Below, piece after piece: positions 28,866 to 38,334 of a DNA stretch of 64,000 nucleotides. Origin of the DNA: Spirochaetia bacterium (GTDB taxonomy: Bacteria > Spirochaetota > Spirochaetia > SZUA-6 > Bin103); the NCBI GenBank assembly GCA_965198005.1, contig CBDAOI010000002.1, positions 672,001 through 736,000 of the forward strand, in the 5' to 3' direction. The position numbers were made by a program, and so were the translations under genes. Every line of letters begins with the position of its first letter. Within the stretch, counting starts at the first letter, position 1. The notes under the pieces were generated by a model. It did no database searches, had not been told where the DNA came from, and was given only the letters and a program-made list of their open reading frames with translations.

Positions 28866-30041
28866 CTACCACTTGCCGGACTCCTCTGCGTAAGCATGAT
28901 GCGGCATCGTGTAGTTGATCCCTTCCTGATCGAACGCCGAAACCTGGAGCAGTCCCATGAAGTCGGTCAGGTTGGTGTGTACTGCGAGCTTGGGAAACCA
29001 CTTGGCCATTACTCGGTGATAGCGAGTCTGCACGCGAAACCAAGGGAGAACTCCGAAGGTGAACGCCGGTGGATACCGAAGCTGGTCGGCAAGCGACTTG
29101 CCTATCAGCGAGCGAGAAATGAGGTACACGTACTTCGCCAGCCGTTTGCGGTCCCCCGGCTCCGTGTTGCCTACGAATATGGGGGCGGAGTTGACCAGAG
29201 AGTGGGATATGGCAATCGACTCCAGGTCGGCAGGGGGCTCGCACGCGATGCCGACTTCGAACAGCTTCAGGGCATCGGCTTCCCCTCTGAACAGCATGCT
29301 CTCGGGAATGCCCATCAGGAAACCGGCGTAACGCCAGACCTGCATGAAGCTGCTGCGTTCGCGGTCATCGAACACGCCGCCGAGCGACTTCAAGTGCTTG
29401 AGCAGGCGCGCCGAAAACGCAGTTAATGCGAAGCCCAGGTGCGCCGCGCTGATCGGCACACCCCAGGCTTCGGTATCCCAGTCGACGGCGTCCCGCAGCA
29501 GCATCCTGACCTGCGCGTGGATCAGACGAATGCGGACCGACAGCTTCCATCCATCGCCGAACCGTTCAAGTCCACCGGGAAGAAATATCTCCATCATGTG
29601 CCGGTTGTTCTGCTGCAGACGGCGGAGACCCTGGCTGCGCAATCGGCCGGTTATGAAGAACGACTTGCTGATGTTCGTGGTGAAGCCTTCGACCAGCGCG
29701 CCGCCGACCATTCCGGCCAGCACGAACCTCGAGTTTCGGTGAAACATGCGGATGCCGGGCATGAACTCCGCTTGATCCACCCAAGCAGGAGGAACCTCGA
29801 CCGCTTTGAAGAAATCTCTGACAATGGACGGAGCACCGCGGAGCGCGGGATCGTCCGGATCGTTCATCGCCGTACGCACGAGCCGTGCCGATTCTTCCGG
29901 CTGACGTGAGGCGAGGCTTGCCACCAACTCGTCCGCGGCGGGATCTCCGACGAGCGTGTGCGCGACGTAGTTCGATGCCATCTGAGCATCGATAGCGCAT
30001 GCGTTCTCGTAACCCGAGATGTAATCAGACGGCATGGCCAT
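28866..30041 (-). CDS. MpaB/Lcp-like (DUF2236) heme oxygenase
   Basis: GDPAAD, PPAWVD, RIRLIHAQVR (conserved His), WGVPIS, WRYAGFLMGIP. Confidence 0.85.
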   Translation of the reverse strand: MAMPSDYISGYENACAIDAQMASNYVAHTLVGDPAADELVASLASRQPEESARLVRTAMNDPDDPALRGAPSIVRDFFKAVEVPPAWVDQAEFMPGIRMFHRNSRFVLAGMVGGALVEGFTTNISKSFFITGRLRSQGLRRLQQNNRHMMEIFLPGGLERFGDGWKLSVRIRLIHAQVRMLLRDAVDWDTEAWGVPISAAHLGFALTAFSARLLKHLKSLGGVFDDRERSSFMQVWRYAGFLMGIPESMLFRGEADALKLFEVGIACEPPADLESIAISHSLVNSAPIFVGNTEPGDRKRLAKYVYLISRSLIGKSLADQLRYPPAFTFGVLPWFRVQTRYHRVMAKWFPKLAVHTNLTDFMGLLQVSAFDQEGINYTMPHHAYAEESGKW

Positions 30042-32262
30042 CGCTGGTCACCTCCTCGGCGCTAGTTTCGCCTGGACGCAGACAACACGCGTTCCGGCTT
30101 CCGGGGCGCCTGCGAATCTTTCGCGTGAGCGATCGGAAGAGCATCCTCAGTGCCGGGTCCGAGCCGGCCAGTGCGCTGCCGGCGATCATGGTCGCGCGCA
30201 CACTGCGGCGGGTGATCTTTACTTGGCTCGCCTCGGCAAAGTCCGGTTGGGCGTAGATGCGGCGGAGACTGAGCACGGCCATACCCAGCGCCCAGAGGCA
30301 GAATCGGCGGATGCCGGTCTCGCGGGCCGGAATGAGAAGGGTGAATCGCAACGCGTCCTCCAGATGCCGGGAGGCGACCGCCACCAGATCGAGCATCCCC
30401 GCGGCGAATCTGGGATCCGAGCGTCCGCTGGGCAACGATCGAAGTTCGAACCCGGTCGAGCGAAAGATGTCCTGCGGCAGCCAGCAAGACCCGACAAGAC
30501 GATCGGTCCACACGTCCTTGAGGATGTTGGTCATCTGCAATCCTTGGCCGAACGCGACCGACAGCCGGAACAGATCGTCTCGACGCTGGTTGATTTCGTC
30601 GGAGTAGTCACAGAACAGCTCGGTGAGGGTCTCTCCCACGACCCCGGCGACGTAATAGCAGTAGCGATCGAGGTGCGCCTGGTCGGCCAAGCCGCCGAGT
30701 GTCGCCATGTGCTGAAACTCCGCCATGCCGTGCGCCATGATGGACACGCAACGTTCCACGGCGTTGCGCTGAACCGGACGGAGCTGGTGCGTGATGCGGA
30801 CGATCCGGGGCGTATTGGCAACCAGATCCCGTTCGCTTGGCAGGGTTGCGGACGACAGCAGAGGATGAAGCTCGCGCGCGAACGACTCTGGCTCTTGGTG
30901 GCCGGTCACCACGCGGACCAGGCGGGACAGGAACTCCTGCTTCTGCGGCGCGGAAAGCTCCGGCTCGTCTTCGACCGTGTCCGCGATTCGACACAGGAGG
31001 TAGGTATTGCAGACGACCTGGCGTAGCTGCTCGGGTAGCTGGGGAATGGTCAGTGCGAAGGTCCGCGAGACACCCGGCAGGATTCCTGTCTGATAGGCGA
31101 TATCGTCGCTCGCCCGTTCTCGTAACGCTGCCGCTGCCGTTATTGCATTCCGCGTCGGCCGGTGGCAGGCGGGAAACGCCGAGTCGGCGTGCTTGAGTTC
31201 CGCCACTTGGTGCCGGAAGGACGCCGATTGGAGCACGGGCGCCTGCCGTAGTGCGGCCAACGAGGTTGCACCGCACAGCGTCATGGCGGTCCTCAGCTCA
31301 TGCTCGACCCGGTGGATCAGGGCCAGTGCGCCGTCGCTGCCGTCGGCCATGACGGCGCGGATGAAGGGAAGGGCCATGGCGCCGCAGGCCGCGCCCATCG
31401 CCACCGCCTTGGCCAGGTGCACCCCGTGACGCAGTCCGCCGGAAGCGATCACGCTGCCGGCCACGTCTCGGAGAAGCGCCAGCAGCACCCCGGTAGGCAG
31501 GCCCCACCCCGCAAACGTCTCGGCGCTCGCCTGGCGGCTCTCCGGCAGCCGCCGGCCCTCCACCGTTACCCAATTGGTGCCGTCGGCGCCGGCCAGATCT
31601 ACGTACTGTACGCCGCAGCCGAGCAGGGATCGCACCAGCCCCGGCCGAATCCCGAATCCGGTCTCCTTGACGATCACCGGCAGCCCGCACTCTCCGGTGA
31701 CGCGCTCGATGGCGCCCAACAGGCCACAGAAGTCACGGTCGCCGTCTGGCTGGAACAGCTCCTGACCGGCGTTGAGATGCACCACCAACGCCTGCACCTC
31801 CAGACGCTGCAGCACCCGGCGCACGGTGTGGACGTGCAGGTCGCGGAGTTGCACCGCCCCGAGGTTGGCCAGCACCGGCACGTCCGGCGCCAGCGGCTTG
31901 ACGTGGAAGTCCCCGAAGGTGGCCTCGTCCTGCAGCAGTGGGCGGATCGACCCCAGCCCTACGGCAACGCCCGCCCGCTGCGCGGCTGCGGCCAGCGCCC
32001 GGTTGGCGGATCGGCCGCGCCCGGACCCGCCGGTCATGCAGGAGATCATCAGCGGCAGGCGCAACGTTGCGTGCAGAAACGGTTGGGTCGTGTCCACCCG
32101 GGCGCTGTCCAACTCCGGCAGTGCCTGGTGCAGGAACTGCACCTGATCGAGGCTGGTGCCCATGGGTGCGGGATCGGGGTAGCGTTGATCGTCGAGACAG
32201 ATGTCGAGATGATGCTCCTTGCGGAGCGCAATCTCGGTGTCTCCGGAGCGTTGCGCAGTCAT
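30025..32262 (-). CDS. fusion: type-2 isopentenyl-diphosphate isomerase (Fni) plus squalene synthase (FdfT-type)
   Basis: IDI-2 motifs RKEHHL, MTGG, HLN..QE, KETGFG, SGGLR; then in frame VSRTFALTI, YLLCRIADTVED, YCYYVAGVVG, GLQMTNILKD, VKITR. ATG at 32262. Confidence 0.9.
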   Translation of the reverse strand: MTAQRSGDTEIALRKEHHLDICLDDQRYPDPAPMGTSLDQVQFLHQALPELDSARVDTTQPFLHATLRLPLMISCMTGGSGRGRSANRALAAAAQRAGVAVGLGSIRPLLQDEATFGDFHVKPLAPDVPVLANLGAVQLRDLHVHTVRRVLQRLEVQALVVHLNAGQELFQPDGDRDFCGLLGAIERVTGECGLPVIVKETGFGIRPGLVRSLLGCGVQYVDLAGADGTNWVTVEGRRLPESRQASAETFAGWGLPTGVLLALLRDVAGSVIASGGLRHGVHLAKAVAMGAACGAMALPFIRAVMADGSDGALALIHRVEHELRTAMTLCGATSLAALRQAPVLQSASFRHQVAELKHADSAFPACHRPTRNAITAAAALRERASDDIAYQTGILPGVSRTFALTIPQLPEQLRQVVCNTYLLCRIADTVEDEPELSAPQKQEFLSRLVRVVTGHQEPESFARELHPLLSSATLPSERDLVANTPRIVRITHQLRPVQRNAVERCVSIMAHGMAEFQHMATLGGLADQAHLDRYCYYVAGVVGETLTELFCDYSDEINQRRDDLFRLSVAFGQGLQMTNILKDVWTDRLVGSCWLPQDIFRSTGFELRSLPSGRSDPRFAAGMLDLVAVASRHLEDALRFTLLIPARETGIRRFCLWALGMAVLSLRRIYAQPDFAEASQVKITRRSVRATMIAGSALAGSDPALRMLFRSLTRKIRRRPGSRNACCLRPGETSAEEVTSDGHAV

Positions 32263-32266
32263 TCCC

Positions 32267-33544
32267 TCACCCGCCCCGGAGCCCATACACGCGGTACCCG
32301 TCGGCACGAACCTCCTGCAAGTAGAAGCTGCGCGCGGGGATCTCGGTCTCCAGCGGCCCCCCATGACCGGGCGCAGTACTGCGACGGCCGGCGACCCATG
32401 CGTCGTAGTCAGCCATCGATGCCTCTTGGCCGTGGTTCAGCAGGTGGTCCAGGGACCAGCCGCGAATAACCGCCGGAGCCTGCCGGCTCACGCGTCCGGA
32501 AAACGCCAGCGCCGTGTTGCCGGAACCGTAGGCTGCCATGGTGATCCGCTTGCCCACCACGGCGGATTGCAGTTCCCGGCAGCGTGCCGCCAGCAGCGCC
32601 GCCAAGCTCAGGAACATCGCTCCGGTGTACACGTTGCCCACCACCGCCGCCGGTTCGGTTCCGGCCTTGAAGTGACGCCGCGCCAGAAAAGCGCTGGTGG
32701 CGGCGGAGTCCGTGCCCAGATAGCGCTGCACCAGATCGGCCATGGTTTCCTCCGGCAGCGAACGAAACGGCACGTGCAACGCGAACAGATCGGTCTCCAC
32801 CAGCAACTCCGGCATGCTGCGCCCGGTGCGGGCGCACAGATCGAGCAGCGCCTCCTCGACCGTGGTCTGGTAGCACTCGATGGAGAAGCGGCCCTTTACC
32901 TGGGCCGTAAGCGATCCGAGGGGGCGAAAGAAGTCGTCTACGTCGTGCGAGGAATAGCCTACCTCTCCCAAGTCAATGGCAAGCAGGCGCGGCGCGGGTT
33001 CGGCCAGGATGGCCACCGCCGCCGCACCCTGCGTGATCTCCGCCTTGCTGCCCGGCGCGTAGCGCGCTTCGTCGGTGCAGATGATCAGACCGCGCTCCCC
33101 ACCGGCACGACTCGCGCCCAGCATGGCGCCCACGCTCAACAAGGCGATCGCACCGCCGGCGCAGGCGTGTTTGACGTCGAAGGTGGAGATCGCTTGGGAA
33201 ATCGGAAAGCCGGCACGCTGCAGCATTCCGTGGACGTAGGCGGCAATCGGCTTGGCTTGGTCGATGCCGGTCTCGGTGCCCACCACCAAGTAGCGCAACG
33301 AGGCGACGGCGGCGGCATCCAGCCGTACCAGGAGTTGAGCCGCCGCCTGCGCGGCCATGGTCGCAGTGTCCTCCCAGCAATGCGGGAAGCGGATCGACAC
33401 TTGGCCGGTTCGGCCCCGTGCGCGCTCCAGCGCAATCGCCCGCTGCGGGTCCTGCCGCCGGTGACGTGCAATGATCGTATTGAGCGGTATTTTTGGTCGC
33501 GGGATGTGAACGCCGATGTCGCCGATCCCGAGTGTCGCCTGCAT
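32267..33544 (-). CDS. mvaS: hydroxymethylglutaryl-CoA synthase
   Basis: EDTATMA, GTETGID, KHACAGG (catalytic Cys), EITQGA, DFFRP, HVPF, GNVYTG, YGSG. Confidence 0.85.
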   Translation of the reverse strand: MQATLGIGDIGVHIPRPKIPLNTIIARHRRQDPQRAIALERARGRTGQVSIRFPHCWEDTATMAAQAAAQLLVRLDAAAVASLRYLVVGTETGIDQAKPIAAYVHGMLQRAGFPISQAISTFDVKHACAGGAIALLSVGAMLGASRAGGERGLIICTDEARYAPGSKAEITQGAAAVAILAEPAPRLLAIDLGEVGYSSHDVDDFFRPLGSLTAQVKGRFSIECYQTTVEEALLDLCARTGRSMPELLVETDLFALHVPFRSLPEETMADLVQRYLGTDSAATSAFLARRHFKAGTEPAAVVGNVYTGAMFLSLAALLAARCRELQSAVVGKRITMAAYGSGNTALAFSGRVSRQAPAVIRGWSLDHLLNHGQEASMADYDAWVAGRRSTAPGHGGPLETEIPARSFYLQEVRADGYRVYGLRGG

Positions 33545-33668
33545 CAATGAAACCCGCCGCCCGTTAGTCCCATGCCATTCAAATCTCCCTCCAAACAGAG
33601 TGAAAAACAAAACACTGTTTGTCAACAAAAATGCGTAGCCTCGGGACACATTTTTGGGTCCATACAGG

Positions 33669-33696
33669 TCGGGAATTCGGGTGTACGTTTCAGGAA
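33669..33696. promoter_or_regulatory. putative LytTR binding repeat upstream of the terpenoid operon
   Basis: TCGGGAA (33669) and TCAGGAA (33690), 21 bp apart; more copies nearby. Confidence 0.5.
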
Positions 33697-33846
33697 GTTA
33701 CTCTAGCTCATATTCCCGTTCTTCAGGTTCCTGAATTGATGTTTTGTTCCTGGTATTGTCTGTTAACTTCGGGAAACCGGGACGACCACAAACCGGCGGC
33801 GCGAATTCGCTCGACGGATCTGAAAAGCGATTGGAGAACCCGCGAA

Positions 33847-34941
33847 TTACTCTACCGGCGAGCTACTCGAGCGAGCCTCGCCTTTCTGCGCTGCGGAATT
33901 CGACGATTTTTCAATGAAGTCACGAACGGCGGGAAGAAATGGGTGGCTTACCGGTATTTCGTAACCGTCGGTAAGGCACAGCAGCATCCGGTGATCGCGT
34001 CTCACCAGATGCCGGATGTGCCGAGACGCCACCCAGTAGGATCGATGAATCCGCATCCCGCAATCGCCGAGTGCGGCGACCGCGTCCGCCAGCCGCATCA
34101 AGACGACGACCGAACCGGACGTCGTGACCACTTCAAGGTAGTGCCCGGACACGTGTACGTATACGACATCCTGCCCCACCGGTTCCGGCAGGCTCTCCAG
34201 GAGCCGCTGCGCTTCAACCGGGCGGATGTGAAGCGCGGCGTGTCGCGGCTGCTTGCCCTCGACTGCGTCGTCGCTGTCGCGATGCGCATCAGCATCCGGT
34301 TGCTGCGCGTCCGCTGAACCACTCGAATCGTCAACGGTTGCCCGCTCGCCCTTGTCGGCGAGTCCCTCCGCGGGTCCAGGGAGAGGAATCTCGTCACCGT
34401 TGGTGTCCTGACGATCAGCGGAGGAGCCTGCAGATACATCGTCCGGAGCAGGTTGAGCGGGGGTCGTGCTGTCCTTGAGAGCAAGCAGGTCGCGACGGCC
34501 GAGACGCAGCAGGAGCACGTAGAATATCAGCGCCGCGGTCCAGAGCAAATTCATGGCGTTTGCGACGTAGAGCTCCAGCATTCCGTCACCGGGCGCGCGG
34601 CCCTCGTGCAGCAAAGCATACCCAGCGTACATGATCGCGGTGCAGAGTACAGCCACAATCGGAGCGGCAACTGCAAGTACCGCCATGCTCTGGAACTTTG
34701 AGCGGAACCTCGACAGATAGAGCAACAGGGCACCACAAGAGTAGCAAATGAGCAGGTCCGAGCAGCCGACGAAAACCGAGAATCCCAGGCGCTGGAGCGC
34801 GCTCATCGTGTGCGTCAGGTCCATAGGGTCCCACAACGTGAACAACGCCGTGAGTACTACGATGATGGAGAGAGCAAGCGGGAGCATGCTCAGTTTCAAT
34901 AGCTCTTGATACGCGTAGCGCATCTCCACATGGCGGTTCAT
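33847..34941 (-). CDS. membrane-anchored LytTR-family transcriptional regulator
   Basis: Four N-terminal hydrophobic helices, a low-complexity linker, and C-terminal LytTR (HYLEVVT...MRIHRSYWV...EIPVS). Confidence 0.85.
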   Translation of the reverse strand: MNRHVEMRYAYQELLKLSMLPLALSIIVVLTALFTLWDPMDLTHTMSALQRLGFSVFVGCSDLLICYSCGALLLYLSRFRSKFQSMAVLAVAAPIVAVLCTAIMYAGYALLHEGRAPGDGMLELYVANAMNLLWTAALIFYVLLLRLGRRDLLALKDSTTPAQPAPDDVSAGSSADRQDTNGDEIPLPGPAEGLADKGERATVDDSSGSADAQQPDADAHRDSDDAVEGKQPRHAALHIRPVEAQRLLESLPEPVGQDVVYVHVSGHYLEVVTTSGSVVVLMRLADAVAALGDCGMRIHRSYWVASRHIRHLVRRDHRMLLCLTDGYEIPVSHPFLPAVRDFIEKSSNSAAQKGEARSSSSPVE

Positions 34942-34954
34942 ACATCACTCCCAT

Positions 34955-35045
34955 TCGGGGACTCTACCGAGCAAATCAGGAATACAGGAATAGCGGGCGA
35001 CATGACTCGACTAATTCGGGAATCCGGGTCCCGAGGAATCGGGAA
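34955..35045. promoter_or_regulatory. putative LytTR autoregulatory repeats
   Basis: TCGGGGA (34955) and TCAGGAA (34976), 21 bp apart; TCGGGAA at 35016 and 35039. Confidence 0.5.
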
Positions 35046-35369
35046 TTGCTTGGATACCACTCATCATTCTCATTATTGACGATGCGACACGGATCGTCAA
35101 TAGCGCGCACTGCTCTTGCTTCATTGCTTCACCCGAAATCTACACGAACGGAACTTGCGTACCACCTCTGTCTCTGTCGATAACCTGCCGGACCACGATC
35201 AATCACCGGCAGGCACGGTAGAATGCAGCATGAGTCGGCACATTCACTCCGTGACACCCAAGACGACGCGATTCGATGCACGGGCATCCTCCAATGCCCG
35301 GCACTTTCGGGGCAGTGACCGGTTCGGATTCGACGCGCCCGATTGCCTGGGCCGGCGCAGCGGATCCTG

Positions 35370-35645
35370 CTAACGGTTGACGCGAGGCCGGTCGATTACC
35401 CGCGCAAGCTGCAGCACGGCCGGTTCCATGGCGCCCTCCGGCACGGCGGCGTAGCCCAGGTGCAGCCCCGGCCGCGCCCCCGGTCCCAGCCAGTACGGGG
35501 ACAGAGGCCGCAGCGCGAGGCCGGCGCGCCGGCCGGCTTCGGCGACGGCGCAGTCGTCCACGCCATCGGCCAGCCACGCCGCCACCTGCATCCCCGAGTC
35601 GGTCGGCGCGAGCTCCAGCAGCCCCGCCAGATGCCTGCCCTCTCG
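35370..35645 (-). pseudogene. C-terminal fragment of a MocR/GabR (PLP aminotransferase-domain) regulator
   Basis: SGMQVAAWL...DD...AGLALRPLSPYW...GLHLGYAA; the N-terminal part is absent. Confidence 0.65.
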
Positions 35646-36213
35646 GTCAAGTGGTAGGTAGTCATCGATGCTCTGGTCGTCGCTGGCGTTACGCGACTCG
35701 CGCCATACTCCGAGTAGCCCAGTCGAGGGAGATGCCGAAGCTACCGTCAGCGCAACCATGGGCTCATCGCCACTTGCGCCGAGAGCAGCGACTTCTGGCG
35801 GCACGCTACGGCCCGGCGCGGCGGTCAGGCGACGGCGGCCGCCGTTCACCCAGATGGTGGTCGAGGGCTGCCCGGAGCACGTTTGTGAGTCGGCGCTGGT
35901 GCGCATGGACGCCGGCTCCCGACTCCCGACAGCCAGACGCTCAAAGGGCCTGGAGGCGGGGGCGCCGACTACGTGCTAACAGGCCGAGAAATCGGAGCAC
36001 GCGCGGACCCGCCGTGGGCTTCCTAGATCGCACGTATCGCACGTCATCACACAGGAGGCAGAGCATGTCGTCAGCGGCCGTGCCTGGGAGAGCCGGACAG
36101 CCACTGGAGTTGACGAGGGATGCGGTACGTAGTATTGTACGTAGGATACGGCGACTATACGGTTAATACGTATATTGTACAGTGCGTATATCTAGCAGAT
36201 CAGAGGGCAACGA

Positions 36214-36712
36214 ATGAGCGAACGATTTGAGATGCGTCTCGAAACGGAGATGCTTGAGCTTATCGATGGGTGGCGCGGCAGCCAAGGAGACTTACCGTCA
36301 CGGGCAGAAGCCGTGCGGCGGCTTGTCAACGCCGGATTGGGTAAGGGTACGGAGTTCACCATCAGTGATGGAGACAGACTCATTATTTCGCTGTTGAGCG
36401 ACCTTATGAAGCATGCACAAGTCGATACCGACTTGGACATGGAGCTAATCCAGGAGTTGATCAGTAGCGGCCAATTGTGGGCGTTGAACGAAGTATACCC
36501 TGGGCTATTTGCCGCGAACCGGTACACGGATTCGCGTTCGTGCGCATCAGCGCCAGCCCTTCGGTGATTTCGCAGGTCGCGATCTCGACGCGCATGTGCC
36601 GATGCTCGACACCTATCGGCGAATGGTCCCGATATTCCGTCCCATGGTAGCGCCGCTGGTGTACCTGACCGCAGACCAGATTATCGAGCTGTTGCGGGCT
36701 ATGGTACGGTAG
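36214..36712 (+). pseudogene. RHH plus YfbU-like protein, internally deleted and frameshifted
   Basis: RFEMRL...IDGWR...LPSRAEAVRRLV (RHH), ...GQLWAL...YPGLF, then another frame DLDAHVPMLDTYRRM...LTADQIIELL. Confidence 0.55.
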
Positions 36713-36736
36713 CAGCCGGTATCAGGAGAAACACGC

Positions 36737-38334
36737 ATGAGGCGCAGGAAGCCGCCCAGGCGCTCGGATAACTACCGTCACCCGGAGGCGGAAGCGCTGC
36801 TGCGGCCGGATATCGGCATACAGCCGCAGTTTCGCAAGAAGAAACCGTCCACCACTTATCGTTACGACTCTTCGCTGTCGCCGTCGCTCGAATGGGATGG
36901 GCAGAATCCGGCACGGGAGCCAGGCGAGGCGAAGATTGCTGCACTGGAGGGGCACATCGCGGGCCTGTCAGAGATTCTCGACCCTGCCGGGACCGAGCCG
37001 TTGTCGGAGGAGGATCGCAGCTCGGCACGGCGCGAGCTTGCCAACGCACGGCAGCAGCTCGCCGAACTGCGGGCGCTGTGCAAACCGTTCCTCAACTGGG
37101 CCGGCAAGGCCGAGCGGCTGTCCTTCGAGGTTCCCACGCTGCCGCTGTTTGTGCACGAGCGGTTGTCCACCGCCGCCATCCTGGAGACGCTGAAGGGGCA
37201 TCGGCGCGACGACCGGCCGACGCAGTTCGAGTTGTTCGGCGAGAGCGATCTGCCGATTCACGACCGGTTGCTCAAAGCCTACGAGCATCGCAATGGGTGG
37301 GTGAATCGGCTGATCCTCGGTGATTCGCTGGTGGTGATGAACTCGTTGCTCGGATTCGAGGGGCTTGGCGGACAGGTGCAGACGATCTACATGGACCCGC
37401 CCTACGCGTTCGGTGAAGTTTCCGGCTCCGGCCGATTGGGGCGATGACGAGACTAACCAGGATGCGTCACATGATGACGGCTACGACGATCACGTCGAGC
37501 GCATGATCGAAGTGCTGAGACGCTCACCCGTGCTGCGTCTCGGCGCTGGACGCACGGTCACCCTCTCCGGAGTGCGCGGCCCCGCGCGCACTATCAGCCT
37601 CTCGGCGGAGGCGAAGATCGAAGGCGACGGCGAACAGATTGCCGCCATCGTCTTCGGTCCCGAGAACGGCGCCGTGTCGCAGAATCTCGTGTTCGAAGCT
37701 GCGAAAGAGGCGAACGTCAAGGGATACCGGCCACCTGTATGTGTTCGGCTTTGCCATTCAACCGGATGCAAGGAGCCTCATCGAACTCAGCGATCGTGCG
37801 CTCGGTCATTCCAGCCACCTACGTGCAAGCGAGCCCCGATCTCACGATGGGCGACCTGCAAGGAGCCTCATCGAGCTCAGCGATCGCGCGCTCAAGAACA
37901 TGCGATCTCACGATGGGCGATCGAACATGCGCTCAAGCCAGATCTTCTCGGTCTGCGGACTGCCCGAGGTACGGATCGAGCGAGCCGACGATCATGCGTA
38001 CCGCGTCCATCTGTCCGGGCTCGACGTATTCGATCCCGCCACCATGGAGACCGATCATCGCGACGGCGCCGACGTGCCGGCCTGGTTCCTGGACACCGAT
38101 TACAATGGCCTCTGCTTCCACGTGTGTCAGGCGTTTTTCCCGCGAACGTCGGCCTGGGAGGGACTCAGGAATTCGCTCCGGGGCGACTTCAAGCCGAGCG
38201 TCTGGCAACATCTCTCCGGGACGATCAGCGAGCCGTTTGCCGCGGGCACGCACGAGCAGGTCGCCGTGAAAGTGGTCGACGACCGGGGCAACGAACTGCT
38301 GGTAGTGAAGCACCTTGCGGAAGCCGACATATGA
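36737..38334 (+). pseudogene. mod: type III R-M methyltransferase (mod), large internal deletion and frameshifts
   Basis: YRYDSSLSP, PFLNWAGKAE, NRLILGDSL, IYMDPPY, then stop. C-terminal blocks FGPENG, PDLTMGDL, SSQIFSV, PAWFLDTDY, AVKVVDDRGNE lie in shifting frames; no motif I (FxGxG) seen. Confidence 0.85.

Noticed and set aside
30025-31120. Carotenoid or hopanoid cluster
   Set aside because: No crtI/crtY, shc or hpnDE in the window, and the motifs fit an FdfT-type squalene synthase.
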